A stretch of DNA of 64,000 bases, taken from the NCBI RefSeq assembly GCF_006345805.1, contig NC_043005.1, forward strand, positions 71,486,001-71,550,000, read 5' to 3'. Position 1 is the stretch's first letter, and each line of letters starts with the position of its first letter. Source of the stretch: Octopus sinensis. Lineage: Eukaryota. The translations under genes and the position numbers were made by a program. This document shows, piece after piece, positions 23,522 to 36,637 of the stretch. A model generated the notes under the pieces. It did not search any database. It saw only the letters and a program-made list of their open reading frames with translations, and had not been told where the DNA came from.

Positions 23522-23995
23522 AGGCGCAGGAGTGGCTGTGTGGTAAGTAGCTTGCTTACCAGCCACATGGTTCCGGTTTCAGTACCATTGCATGACACTT
23601 TAGGCAAGTGTCTTCTACTATAGCCTCGGGCCGACCAAAGCCTTGTGAGTGGATTTAGTTGACGGAAACTGAAAGAAGCCCACCGTATATATGTATATAT
23701 ATATATATGTGTGAGTGTGTTTATATATATATATACATGTGTGTGTGTATATGTATATATATATATATATATATGTGTGTATATGTTTGTGTGCCTGTGT
23801 TTGTCCCCCCAACATCACTTGACAACCGATGCTGGTGTGTTTACATCCCTGTCACTTAGCATTTCAGCAAGAGAGACAGATAGGATAAGTACTAGGCTTA
23901 CAAAGAATAGTCCTGGGAGTGATTTGTTCGACTAAAGGCGGTGCTCCAGCATGGCCACTGTCAAATGACTGAAACAAATAAAAGAAGGAATAAAA
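23522..23995 (+). mobile_element. SINE family A
   Basis: Full length. Confidence 0.92.
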
Positions 23996-24149
23996 GAAAG
24001 TTTCATGATTCTTTGTGACCCAATGCAAAGCACTTGGAACCATAATATTCTACAATAATTTTATTCTGAGGATAAAGTTAAGATAGATTTGAAACATTAA
24101 TAGGTTAATGGATTTACGAACATAAATGTTTTCTCTTTGTCTTGCTTTT

Positions 24150-24415
24150 CTCTTTTACTTGTTTCAGTCATTTGACTGTGGCCATGCTGGAGCACCGCCT
24201 TTAGTCGAGCAAGTCGACCCCAGGACTTATTCTTTGTAAGCCTAGTACTTATTCTATTGGTCTCTTTTGCTGAACTGTTAAGTTACGATACGAGGACGTA
24301 AACACACCACCAGGTAGCAGGCCATATATCTGATGGCATCGGTTGTCAAGCGATGTTGGTGGGACAAACACAGACACACAAACATATACATACACACACA
24401 CACACACACACACAG

Positions 24416-24448
<33 letters not shown>

Positions 24449-24620
24449 CATATATACGATAAGCTTCTTTCAGTTTCCGTTTACCAAATCCACTCACAAG
24501 GCTTTGGTCAGCCCAAGGCTTTAGTAGAAGACACTTGCCCAAGGTGCCATGCAGTGGGAATGAACCCGGAACCATGTGGTTGGTAAGCAAGCTACTTACC
24601 ACGCAGTCACTCCTGCACCT
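24150..24620 (-). mobile_element. SINE family A
   Basis: Full-length reverse copy with a small internal insertion. Confidence 0.9.
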
Positions 24621-24959
24621 GTTCTAGATTAAACATAAAGGATTAAAAAGAGATAAGAAAAGTCCCAGTAAACTAGATCAGACACTGGTACAGTTATGTG
24701 TTTAATACATGCTTGAAAAAGATTACATCCTCTTCATTATACACAAATAGGAATTTACACAATTCAACAGCATAAAATGCAAGCAGCACACCAAAATTCA
24801 GCACAGAATAGAATAAAACTTATCAACAGGACATTGTAAAAGCTGGAAGTTTTAAATATTTTCTTTGAAATATCTTCCTTGCCAATGATATATAAACCTT
24901 GCCCTCACATTACATAAGAAACAAAATTATGTAATAAAGCTGTAGTCTTTAGAAAGGTA

Positions 24960-25694
24960 AAACTGTAAGTGCTGAGAGGAAATTTGCTTAGTGGGGTACC
25001 TACCCAGGTCCTGCCCAGAATGTTTGAAGCATTTTCTTGCCTCCCCTCCATCCCACCTTGAATTCCCCGTTCTTGAGACTGTAGCTCAAATATTGTTACC
25101 TACATATGGAAATAAATTTCTCCATTTCCTATAACACTTACGCAACTTCACCAAATCCTACACCAGAATCTTGTCAGAAACTTCCACCTTGCAATGACAA
25201 TGCAACCAAAACATAAAACTGGACTTAATTTACTTTATTCATCAAAATTTTTGGTCAAACTGTTATAAAAATTGATGAAATATTGAGATACTTATTTCAG
25301 TGTCAAATTAACAAATATTACCATGGAATAAACCGTAAGTGCTGAGAGAAAATTTGCTTAGTGGGGTACCTACCCAGGTCCAACCCAAAATGTTCAAAGC
25401 ATTTTCTTGCCTCCCTCCGCCTTGCATTCCCTGTTCTTGAGACTGTAGCTCAAATATTGTTACCTACATATGGAAATAAATTTCTCCATTTCCTATAACA
25501 CTTACGCAACTTCACCAAATCCTACACCAGAATCTCGTCAGAAACTTCCACCTCGCAATGACAATGCAACCAAAACATAAAACTGGACTTAATTTACTTT
25601 ATTCATCAAAATTTTTGGTCAAACTGTTATAAAAATTGATGAAATATTGAGATACTTATTCCAGTGTCAAATTAACGAATATTACCATGGAATA
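24960..25694 (+). repeat. Tandem duplication of about 365-370 bp
   Basis: aac(t/c)gtaagtgctgagag at 24961 and 25331; both copies end attaccatggaata; highly similar. Confidence 0.95.
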
Positions 25695-25695
25695 C

Positions 25696-25900
25696 CTCCA
25701 ATCTGATCTGACAGAGTTTCTACAGCTGGATGCCCTTCCTACACTCTCGGAGTAGTTGGCATTAGGAAGGGCGTCCAGTTGTAGAAACTCTGCCAGATCA
25801 GATTGGAGCCTGGCACAACCATCTTGTTCGCCAGTCCTCAGTCAAATCGTCCAACCCATGCTAGCATGGAAAGCAGACGTTAAATGATGATGATGATGAT
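25696..25900 (+). mobile_element. Family F tail with 46-bp 5' fold-back
   Basis: 25696-25741 is the reverse complement of 25763-25808; (GAT)n end. Confidence 0.85.
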
Positions 25901-26264
25901 GAATACAGAAAAGTATTGTGTATAACAATAACTTCAAGGCAGCTTCCTAGGAGCTGAGCAACAACAGTAAATCATTGAATTTATTCAATATGATTTTAGT
26001 TGACAATGATATTGCATAATTCAGTAGCCAAATGTGATTCTGATATCGTTTCCATTGACCTTTGACTGTTTTGGATCATATTATACCATTGAACATAGTT
26101 TCTTTTTTGTAGTAATCCTACAAATCCATTTGGAATTGCCTTGATAATCCCTGACAAACAGTACTTGTGTAACATAATTCTTTTAAAGTTGTTTGTAAGT
26201 TTGTGCTTCATTTGGTCATGGCTTTTGGGCAATAATATTGATAAAATAATTTTGATAATAAAGG

Positions 26265-26668
26265 CTGCAAGCTGGCAGAATCATTAGTATGCTGGGTGAA
26301 ATGCTTAGCAGTATTTCATCTGCCGCTACGTTCTGAGTTCAAATTCTTCTGAGGTCAACTTTGCCTTACATCCTTTTGAGGTCGATTAAATAAGTACCAG
26401 TTATGCACTGGGGTCGATATAATCAACTTAATCCGTTTGTCTGTCCTTGTTTGTCCTCTCTCTGTTTAGCCCCTTGTGGGTAATAAACAAATAGGTATTT
26501 CATCTGCCATTACATTCTGAGTTCAAATTCTGCCAAGGTTGACTTTACCTTTCATCCTTTTGTGGTCGATAAAAAAGTACCAGTTACACACTGGGGTCGA
26601 TGTAATCGACTTAATCCCTTTGTTTGTCCTCTCTATGTTTCGCCCCCTGTGGGCAATAAAGAAATAAA
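26265..26668 (+). mobile_element. Two tandem SINE family B copies
   Basis: gctggcagaatcattag head; second copy 5'-truncated; both end aataaa(c/g)aaata. Confidence 0.88.
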
Positions 26669-27892
26669 TATTGATAAAATAGTTTGTGATTGTCAGCTGA
26701 ATGGCATTTCTCCTGGTCATTTCCATTTCAGTTTTAGAACAACAAACAATATAAAAATAAAATGTTCAATTGTCTTCCGCTAATGAAAGGTTTTCAAGAC
26801 AAGCTTTTCAAATCCCTTGTCTAAAAATTTGAACGATGTGCTCAAACTGACCATTTGAAACAGAATGAGAACCAAATGACTTCAGACACCAAAAGTCCAA
26901 ACATAGGACTATGGTGAGTTCCATTACTTAACACAACTGTTCCAGGCGGTCCCTCAATGGCTAAAACTTTTTTGAATATTGTCAATGTTCCATTGATGTT
27001 GTTGGTGCTGCTGATGCAACATATGGAAATTTCAAAACGAATCAATACCAGTACATCACATTTTATCACAAAAAATGGTCTGGTGGAGTTGATATGTATT
27101 CGTTGCCATGGTGCATAAGTTTTTTGGCTATTCACTATTTTTTTTTTCCTCTGACGCATTAACAATTGACTGGTGCTGGACACGATTTTATCGTTGCCTT
27201 TATACCACTACCATCATCATTATCCTTATCACCATCACCACCAACACCACAACCATCATCATCACCACCACTACTGTCATCATCATCATCAGCAGCATCA
27301 TCATCATCATCATCATCATCATCAGAATCATTTATTAATGTCCACATTTGCAGGTCAGACGGAATTTATTGGGGCAGATTTTTAACAGCCAGATGCCTTT
27401 TCTCTCCCACCTGTTGCCGACAGACACATTTTTGTGTATGTTTGTGTATGTGTATGTGTGTGTGTATGTACGTATGTATGTACGTATGTATGTGTGTATG
27501 TGTGTATGTATGTATGTATGTATATATGTATGTATGTGTGTGTGTCCATATATGTGTATGAGTATATATATATATATATACACACACATATATGTATGAT
27601 TTTATGTATATATATATTTGTGTGTGTGTGTGTGTGTGGATATGCTCATATTGAATATCTGCATATACGTTCTACTCATGTATTCCTATTATTCAACTAG
27701 TATGTGTAAGTATTTCATGTTTATATGCACACTTCCTTGCTTCATCATCATCTCCTTCTGATCCACTCTTTGATCCCACCCCATGCCACTTAGTTTTATT
27801 ATTTCCACCACAACATAGCTTTAATATCTCTCCTTTTGTTTTGTATGTGTATATATATTTATATATATATATGCATGTATTATCTCATATAC

Positions 27893-27928
<36 letters not shown>

Positions 27929-27951
27929 ATGTATGTATTATCTCATATATA

Positions 27952-27997
<46 letters not shown>

Positions 27998-28000
<3 letters not shown>

Positions 28001-28200
28001 CAGAGATGTACTTGTATAGCAAGTGACCTGATCTGAGATCGTGTGCTAGAACGAAAACAATTGCAGTGTGAAAGGTGTTTATAAGCCATTTCAGAAACAC
28101 ACAAAATACGTTAGATTCACTTCAACATTTAAATTTAATTTGTCAAAATATTTTTGTCGCTTTGAGACCACAACCTGTTCACTGACAAAATTCTGTGCTG
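27998..28200 (-). mobile_element. G3-C8 hammerhead element, single copy (G12 mutated)
   Basis: Minus strand tttgtca-GTGAACA-g-gttgt..gcgac-AAAA-ATATT-T-tgaca; lies in (TA)n. Confidence 0.8.
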
Positions 28201-28223
28201 AATCTCTTGTATATATATATATG

Positions 28224-28255
<32 letters not shown>

Positions 28256-28282
28256 TATATATATATACACATATATATATAT

Positions 28283-28318
<36 letters not shown>

Positions 28319-28630
28319 CACATATATATATATATTATTGTAGTTTAGTTTTAAATGTATATGCGAACATATACAAACATCTACATACGTTATAATACTA
28401 GTTTGCATTGTGTAGATTTCTTTTATGAATCCATACAGAAGTCTCTTAGTTAAATGGAGCTTGTACATGGATGCATACATGCATGTTTGTGTGTGCATGT
28501 ATATAAGTGTATGCGTGTATGTATGTACGTGTGTATGAGTGTGCATTTACATTGTTTATGTACATGTTACTCTGTCTGTTAGCATATCTGCATGAGCATG
28601 CATGACCATGGTTACATGGATGTATGCTTG

Positions 28631-28662
<32 letters not shown>

Positions 28663-28708
28663 TATACACAAACATACACATATATAAACATACATCTCTC
28701 TCGTTCCC

Positions 28709-28780
<72 letters not shown>

Positions 28781-29294
28781 ATATATATATACATGTATGT
28801 ATGTATGTATACATATATACATACATGTGTGTGTTCAGTATTGTAAAGAACATCTTTTATGTGATATTTTAATAGTCATCCATTACCTTTTTTATTCCAT
28901 CATCCAATATCATCTGAATATTCTGTGTAATATGACAATTAAAAATGACCTCTTATGAAACACAACTAAATGTTACCGGCAGCTGTAAAGCACTTGCAAT
29001 ACATCTCAGTCAAAAGAGAACCGTACATGGAACAACAAATCTTGACAATAAGTGTTAAACAGATAGAATGTATGGAAAAGTATTCACAAAAACTGAATTG
29101 TAAAAGTACAAAAAGTATAATATGCAAGATATAAAAAAATGGAATGTATAGTGTTGAAAAAATAACAAACATAGACATGTTTTCAATTTGTTTACCTAAA
29201 ATTTGGAAAATATTTATAAATACACACACACATACATACATATGTATGTATATATATATGTGTGTGTGTGTGTGTGTATATGTATATATATGTG

Positions 29295-29330
<36 letters not shown>

Positions 29331-29493
29331 TGTGTGTATATATGTATATATATATATGTGTATATATGTGTATATATATATGGTGTGTATATATATATGT
29401 GTCAAACCCATGCTAGCATGGAAAGCGGACATTAACGATGATGATGATGATGATGATATACATTATATATATATTATATATACATATATATAT

Positions 29494-29560
<67 letters not shown>

Positions 29561-29604
29561 CATACATATCTGTGTGTGTGTGTACATACATACATATATG
29601 GACA

Positions 29605-29775
29605 TGCCTCATCACCATTTAACGTTTGTCTTCCATTCTAGCATGGGTTGATCGATCTGACAGTTGCTTGCAAGCCAGATGATTGCACCAAGTTCCACTA
29701 TCTGTTTTTGCATGGCTTTCATGGCTTGATGCCCTTCTTAATACCAGCCTCTTTACAGAATGGATTGAGTGCTTT
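29605..29775 (-). mobile_element. Family F tail
   Basis: catttaacgtttgtcttccattctagcatgggttg...gatgcccttc. Confidence 0.65.
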
Positions 29776-29934
29776 TCACACATATACACACATTTATCTA
29801 TATATACATGCAAACTCACAAACACACACACACATATATATTTTCACAATAATGATGATAATATACATACATACATACACACACATACACAAATATATAT
29901 ACATATATATTCATATATTTATATCCTTTTAAGA

Positions 29935-30240
29935 AGAACTTGTACAACCATAGGTCCTCTTTTAAGATTCTGGAAGGACATTATGTCATACCTCTGACCA
30001 GCGACATGTGGTGTGTTCAGGATGAAGGAATGCCACAGAAAATTGAGGGGAGGCTCATAGAGGGACTGGGGTTCTATATAAGCATGAGTGGATGTTGCAA
30101 GCTTGGCATAGCAGAGCAAGCAATGATCCTTGAAGACTCACTTGACCCAGAGACTCTCTTAAACTCCAGAAATGAGATATATAGCTCCTGTCCACATTTT
30201 AGATGCTTTTTGTGTAAAAGCCCTTATCAAAATCTGGTTT
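29935..30240 (+). mobile_element. Penelope-like GIY-YIG endonuclease C-terminal remnant
   Basis: SGCCKLGIAEQAMILEDSLDPETLLNSRNEIYSSCPH resembles C.LCL.EK..I...LLN.RSE..S.CRH. Confidence 0.65.
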
Positions 30241-30399
30241 CTCAACCCCCATGTATCATCCATTCACATACATTTTTAATCAGAAGGTAGCTGTTAGTAG
30301 TTAGCAATGAATGATGTGAGTATATTGTAAGGGAGAGAATTGTAAATTGAGGTATTTATCTGACTACTTACTTGACCAAAAGCTCAGATATATGTCCAC

Positions 30400-30453
<54 letters not shown>

Positions 30454-30819
30454 CCACACACATATGTATGTAGGTATATATTGTTTTATTTGAATCAGTT
30501 TCTTGTTATTCTGATTTTCACCTGTAGGTTGACAGGATCTGTAATAAATTTATATTACAACTTGCCTGAAAAACCTGAGTACCTGTAGTTAAGATCCAGA
30601 TAAAATAAGTTCGTAGCTCTGCAGCTAGAATAATCTGAGCCTATTGCTAAATGTTTGACATCATCTTCATAATGATATAATAATTTTGATAAGACAACTC
30701 ACAGTTTTCTAAGAAATGAATGCAAAAGTGAGTCATTGAAATCATCTATTACACATTCCAATGATAATAAAGTTTTGAAATATATCAGTCAGAAATGTAT
30801 CACTTAACACCAGTATTAA

Positions 30820-31060
30820 CTTCACATATGAAAATGTTATCATATTTTGACAAGAGTCGACATTTCTCATGAAAGACCCTAAAGTTCCTTACATTCATCG
30901 TGCAACCAAGAGGAAGACATTTGCAAAATTAGATTTTATGGTCATAAACACATGTTTATTAAAGGAAAATACACTGCATTTAGAAAGACTGAAAATTGTG
31001 TAATAAAGGAAAGGAAACTCTTTCAATCTTGTCATAGCTTTAAAAAGAAAATAGTGGAAC
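30820..31060 (+). mobile_element. Possible Penelope-like GIY-YIG remnant
   Basis: ENVI...KIRFYGHKHMFIKGKY resembles VIY...FK.R..NH..SF. Confidence 0.4.
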
Positions 31061-31317
31061 ATGTTGAATGGACCAAAGAAAGGCCTGACATTGAAATGGA
31101 AGTGTTTATACTACAATGCAAAAGAAAGATTAACGTCAGTTTGGATTTACAAATAGATACCAATAGCTTAGTTTTTCTTGGATATTTCAGTGAACTAAAA
31201 TTTCTTGAAATAATTTATTTACAACTTCACCAGCCTGGTAGATCAAGGACTAAAGCCTTGCTTATCTCTGAAAGTACTCTAAAAACAGACACCTAATTTC
31301 AGATTACATTAGTAGTA

Positions 31318-31450
31318 TGAGGGGTTGCTTAAAAGTTTCTGGCTTTAATCATATCACAAAAGGCCTGGTTGGAGACCCAGCCTTCTGAGTTCTTTTACAG
31401 GGTTTAGAAAACTGAAGGACTGCTGCAATAAGGTGTGAACTGAGAGGAAA
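31318..31450 (+). mobile_element. Mariner-type non-autonomous end
   Basis: TA followed by TGAGGGGTTGCTTAAAAGTT, a mariner-like TIR, then ctgcaataaggtgtgaactgagagg resembling a mariner transposase 3' end. Confidence 0.55.
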
Positions 31451-31504
31451 GTCCACACCTACGATATAATATATCAGTTCCAACAAGATGTTGGAACTGA
31501 TATA

Positions 31505-31732
31505 TTAACCCTTTCGTTACTGTATTTATTTTGAGATGCTTTGTGTTTCTTTCAATTACTTTAAATATAACAAAGAATTTAGTAAAACAACTTGGTTATC
31601 ATTAAGCTAGTGTTAGGATCATAAATTACGACTAAGGTTTGGTGGAAGATTTTAATTCAAAACTTATGAAAATAAGACATTTGGACTCACAGCCAGAGCC
31701 GGTTTCGGCCGGGTTGATAATGAAAGGGTTAA
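31505..31732 (+). mobile_element. TTAA-type (piggyBac-like) MITE
   Basis: Termini ttaaccctttcgtta and taatgaaagggttaa; related copy at 9101. Confidence 0.8.
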
Positions 31733-32204
31733 ATTTTTATCATACAAAACTACTAAGCTGTTCTGTACCTGATGTTGACAACTCTAGTAAACTTAGGTGT
31801 CATATGGTCAGAGATGAATGAAAATGTATGCATTTCATTCAGTGAATTTTTTAAAATGCCAATTAATATCCCCCTCCCCTACTACTTGCTGTGCAATTAT
31901 AAGATATAATTGAAAATAGTGTATCAGAGAATGTTTTATTTCATGAGCATCACAATTGTTGTATAAACGAAATCAGATGAAGATTTACATGTCTATACTG
32001 ACTACGGGGATAATCACAATGTTTGCTTGGACTGGTGATGATTGAACATATGTTAATGAAAAACAAAGATATGTTGTTGGCAGTAAGGCTGCAATGAATA
32101 ATGAAGAAGACGTGATTATTTTTTTTACAATAATAATGATTCTAGTTATGTTAGTATCAAGAGGTAATTATTTCTGTCATATGTAGATGTCTACATCTGA
32201 AAGC

Positions 32205-32262
<58 letters not shown>

Positions 32263-32589
32263 TATATATATTATATATATATATATGAGAATTTTGTTTG
32301 CCATCTGTCATAAGGTGTATGTAAGGGTACAGAGAAGGAATAACAGTGTATTTCATAAACAAGAAATACTAGAATGTCCTTTAATGGTCTGACTGCAAGA
32401 CAAGGCCTTTGCTGAAATTAAGAAAACTTTGGCTCATTACAAAATCAAAATGTATTTATAAGGGAAGTGGCTGATATTACAGAATCTTTTGTTTTCTTTG
32501 CAGTTGTTTTGAGGTCTGCCAACATCTTGTCACTGCTATTATTTTTAGAAATTGATGTAATATGGAATGGTAGGTATTTGTCTTTTATT

Positions 32590-33215
32590 TTTTACATGTT
32601 CCAGTCATTAGACAGCTACCATGCTGGGGCACCACCGTGAAGAATTTTTAGTCGAATGAATCAACCCTAGAATTTACTTTTTAAAGTCCAGTACTTATTC
32701 TATTGGTCTCTTTTGCTGAACTGCTAAGTTACAAGGATGTAAACACACTCAGTACCAGTTGTCAAGTGGTGGTGGGAGACAATCATAGATAAATATACAT
32801 ATGCATATATCATCATCATCATAGGCGTAGGAGTGGCTGTGTAGTAAGTAGCTTGCTTACCAACCACATGGTTCCAGGTTCAGTCCCACTGCGTGGTACC
32901 TTGAGCAAGTGTCTTCTACTATAGCCTTGGGCTGACCAAAGCCATGTGAGTGGATTTGGTAGACAGAAACTGAAAGAAGCCCGTCGTATATATACATATA
33001 TATATATGTGTGTGTATATGTTTGTGTTTTTGTGTTTGTTCCCCCAGCATCGCTTGACAACCAATGCTGGTGTGTTTACGTCTCCGTAACTTAGTGGTTT
33101 GGCAAGGGACACTGATAGAATAAGTATTAGGCTTAGAAAGGATAAGTCCTGGGATCGATTTGTTCAACTGAAGGCGGTGCTCCAGCATGACCATAGTCAA
33201 ATGACTGAAACAAAT
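32590..33215. mobile_element. SINE family A copies: 3' half on minus (32590-32780), full length on plus (32823-33215)
   Basis: Standard family A motifs. Confidence 0.85.
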
Positions 33216-33224
33216 CAAAGAATA

Positions 33225-33500
33225 AATCATTATTTAACATCTGTTGTCTATGCCGGCATAGGTTGGACAGTTGACAAGGGCTGGCAAGCTGAAAAGCTGC
33301 ACCAGACTCCAGTCTGGTTTCACATGGTTTCTATGGCTGGATGCCCTTCCTAACGTCAACCACTCTGAGAGCGTAATGGCTGCTTTTACATGCCACCAAC
33401 ATGGGTGCCATTTGCATGACACCAGCATCTGCCATGACTATGATTTTATTTGGCTTGATGGGTCTTCTTCTCAAGCACAACATAATACCAAAGGCCTTGA
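33225..33500 (-). mobile_element. Family F tail
   Basis: ctggatgcccttcctaacgtcaaccactctgagag. Confidence 0.75.
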
Positions 33501-33744
33501 TCATTCGTCATTGCCTCCTTGAGGCCCAACCCTCGAAAGGGGCTTTTTTACATACTACTGGCATACATCCCAGCATCAGCCACAGTATATATATATATAT
33601 ACATACATATATGTATATTTGTGTATGAGTATGTATGTATATATATATGTATGTATGCATATACATTTTTATATATATATATACACATACACATATATAT
33701 ATACATACATGTATATATATATAGAGAGAGAGAGAGGGAGAGAG

Positions 33745-33912
33745 AGAGAGATGGAGGGCTTCCTTCAGTTTCTGTCTACCAAATGTACTCACAAGGCTTT
33801 GGTCAGCCTGGGGCTAGAGTAGAAGACACTTACCCAAGATGTCACACAGTGGGAGTGAACCTATAACCATGTGGTTGGGAAGCAAGCTTCTTACAACACA
33901 GCCATGCCTGCT
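33745..33912 (-). mobile_element. SINE family A 5' half
   Basis: cttcagtttctgtctacc...gaagacacttaccc...acagccatgcctgc. Confidence 0.8.
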
Positions 33913-33949
33913 CTTAGACGTGTTCTTTACTTACACATGCAGCTTGGTA

Positions 33950-34880
33950 CTGCTGTCATAAATTTGCCAGATATGGTTATATTGGTTAAACCACGAATTT
34001 AAATCTAAACAAAGCTGCTGTAAGATTAATTCAAAGAAGGAATCTGCTACAAACTCTTTTATAGTCTCATATTGAATTTACTTTACTTTCTTCAATTAGA
34101 GTGGAATTTTTCTAGAATGTAATCTCAGAGGTGCAACTACCAAATCCAAATAGATGATTTCAAAGACATCACAACCAGCAGCACCTCTAGCAGTTTGTTG
34201 TCATGGATACAAATATCTTATGATTAAAAATTAAAAGTGTTCTTTTCTTACTTTGTAATAGAAAATTCCAGGCACATCTGTTATCTAAGGGATGTGTACC
34301 GTCAATAGAAACAGGATATGAAGACTGAGATATTCCTTTCAAATTAAGGTCTTTTCCCAGATTGACATAGATTACAGAAAATATTAAATGTTTCTCCAGC
34401 CTCTAATAAGAAAGAAATGGGGTACTTCTTGTAACTGGTAAATTTTTATGGCTGACATTTCCCAAAATATTCTGAAATGATCAAACCATTTGTGAATTTA
34501 TGCAAGCAAAATGTTGCATTTGCAAGGAGTATTCAATAATTTTATAAACGCTGTTCCTGGGAATCATGTTATAAATATACTTGATGCCAACAAAGATGTC
34601 ACGTTGACAACTGATACAAGTGAATAGTCTATATCAGGAATTCTATGGCAGGATAATCATCTAGTGCTATATTTATGGAGGAGATTAACTGCTGCTGAAT
34701 CTCATTATTCAGATATTGAGAAGGAGGAATCAGCAACTGTGTGGACCACTAACTGTGTCCATCATTTTTCCCTAGTCAGAAAATTCCCACATAGATCCAA
34801 TCATACATCTCTTGGATTTTATCTTTAATTTATGCCAATAACTTCCCCATGTTATAGATGGAGAAAACTGTAGCAGGCCA
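33950..34880 (+). mobile_element. Decayed Ty3/Gypsy pol (RT-RNaseH)
   Basis: LVNFYG..PKYSEMIKPF and DANKDVTLTTDTSE..SGIL.QD...RRLTAAESHYSDIEKEE match Gypsy TDAS / LT.AE..YS.IEKE motifs; stops and frameshifts. Confidence 0.8.
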
Positions 34881-35995
34881 TATATCTGACGGCATTTGAT
34901 TTTTATACATCAAAAGGGTATCCATTCGTCACATTAATGTTTCCTCTGTTCAATTTCGGACTATGACTGCAGGATATAAGTTCAGGTAATGATGGAGATA
35001 AATTCAAAGAAGAGAAAGGAGTGAGCACGTTAAATTTTTATAACCTTGTTTCAGAAACATTGTGATTCAATGTTAGGAAGAACTGTTTCCAGAAAGGGGG
35101 GGGGGGGGAATGTGTGTAGCAACAGCTCTAATGTGGAGATATTTTAAGAGTGGGTCAAGCATCGATTAACTCTTGAGCAGTGGCTTTGTTGTTACTGTGT
35201 TCATAATGTTCTCTTTGAAGTATCCTGAAAGCAAATCATTGAAGCTGTTCATGACAATATCCATTGTGGCACTACTGCTACCTGCAGTCACCTGAAGCAT
35301 GAACTATGATAACCTAGTAATTTGTATGATGTCAAGGACTACATATGTAGATGTCTTGACTCTTTAGTTACCATATTTGCTGAAATATGCTGCTTTTGTT
35401 TCAGTTTGGGAACTTTGAGGGATATGAAATAAAGCAGATTTTTAATGATGGGACTTGAAATAGATAAAGCTACAAATAATAGTGTGTAAATATTGGGTTA
35501 AAAAACCTCGAATGGAAAATGTTAACGTTAGTTCATGGGATTTGAACCCACATATTCTGAATTATGAGTTATTAGATCCACCTTTAAAAATAATTATTAT
35601 TATTTCATATCTGTCGCAGTTTCTAAATTTTTATGATATAAGTAACATATAATTATTGCAGGTAAGAACAAATCATTAAAAAATAGCATAATGATGGAAT
35701 GCCTACCATGTTTACTGTAAATGTGAGTTTAAACCTCACAGGCAGCCTTTAACAATTACCATTCAAGGGATTTTTAACCCAGTATTCTACATTCTTTATT
35801 TATAACTTAATCTACTTCAAGTTATAAAAAAAAATACCCATTTATATCATATCTCTTAAAGCTTCTAAATTTTTATCATGTAGCACATATTATATTTATA
35901 TGTATATAAGTATATATGCACATATACATGATAGATAGATAAGAAGATAGATAGATAGATAGATAGATGGATAGATAGATAGATAGATAGATATG

Positions 35996-36525
35996 TTTCT
36001 TTATTAGCCACACAGGGCTGCACACAGATAGAACAAATTACAAGGTAGAGCTTTTCTTTTGGGGGTAAAAAAAAAAAAAAAAAAGAGAGTGGTGGTTTTC
36101 GATCAAAAGGGATCGTAAAAGGAAAGAAAAAGGACAAAAAAAGGGAGGGGTTAAAAAAAGGGGGGGGAGAAAAAATGGAAGGGGGAGTTTCGATCAAAAG
36201 GGATCGTAAAAGGAGAGAAAGAGGACAAAAAAAGGGGGGTTAAAAAAAAAAGGGGGAGAGGAAAAAAAAAATTGATCAATAGGGATCGTTATCACAGAAA
36301 TGTCAATATGAAGTGTAAAGGGGAGGACAGGTGAGGTTTACCCGTGGAAAGAAAAGCCTACGGAAAAGACCACGGTAACCTCGGTCAATGGAGTCACATG
36401 TTATGTTTCTTTTTTTTTTTTTGCGAATAAGCAACTCTCTGTTTTCAATTTCTGGGTTCATAGGATCATGCTCAAGGTGGCTTCGTCATTCATACGTGCC
36501 ATTCTTGCTACATTCACCCATCTTT
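35996..36525 (-). mobile_element. LINE-like 3' end (last ORF2 codons plus 3' UTR) inside a (GATA)n tract
   Basis: Minus strand RWVNVARMARMNDEATLSMIL* then UTR ending ggctaataaagaaa; GATA arrays on both sides; clade uncertain. Confidence 0.5.
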
Positions 36526-36545
36526 AGATAGATAGATAGATAGAC

Positions 36546-36637
<92 letters not shown>

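Noticed and set aside
26790-27183. 113-aa minus-strand ORF and a plus-strand GTGAGT donor at 26914
   Set aside because: No frame is consistent with both splice sites and no homology is recognised; a SGGVD piggyBac-like hint is too weak
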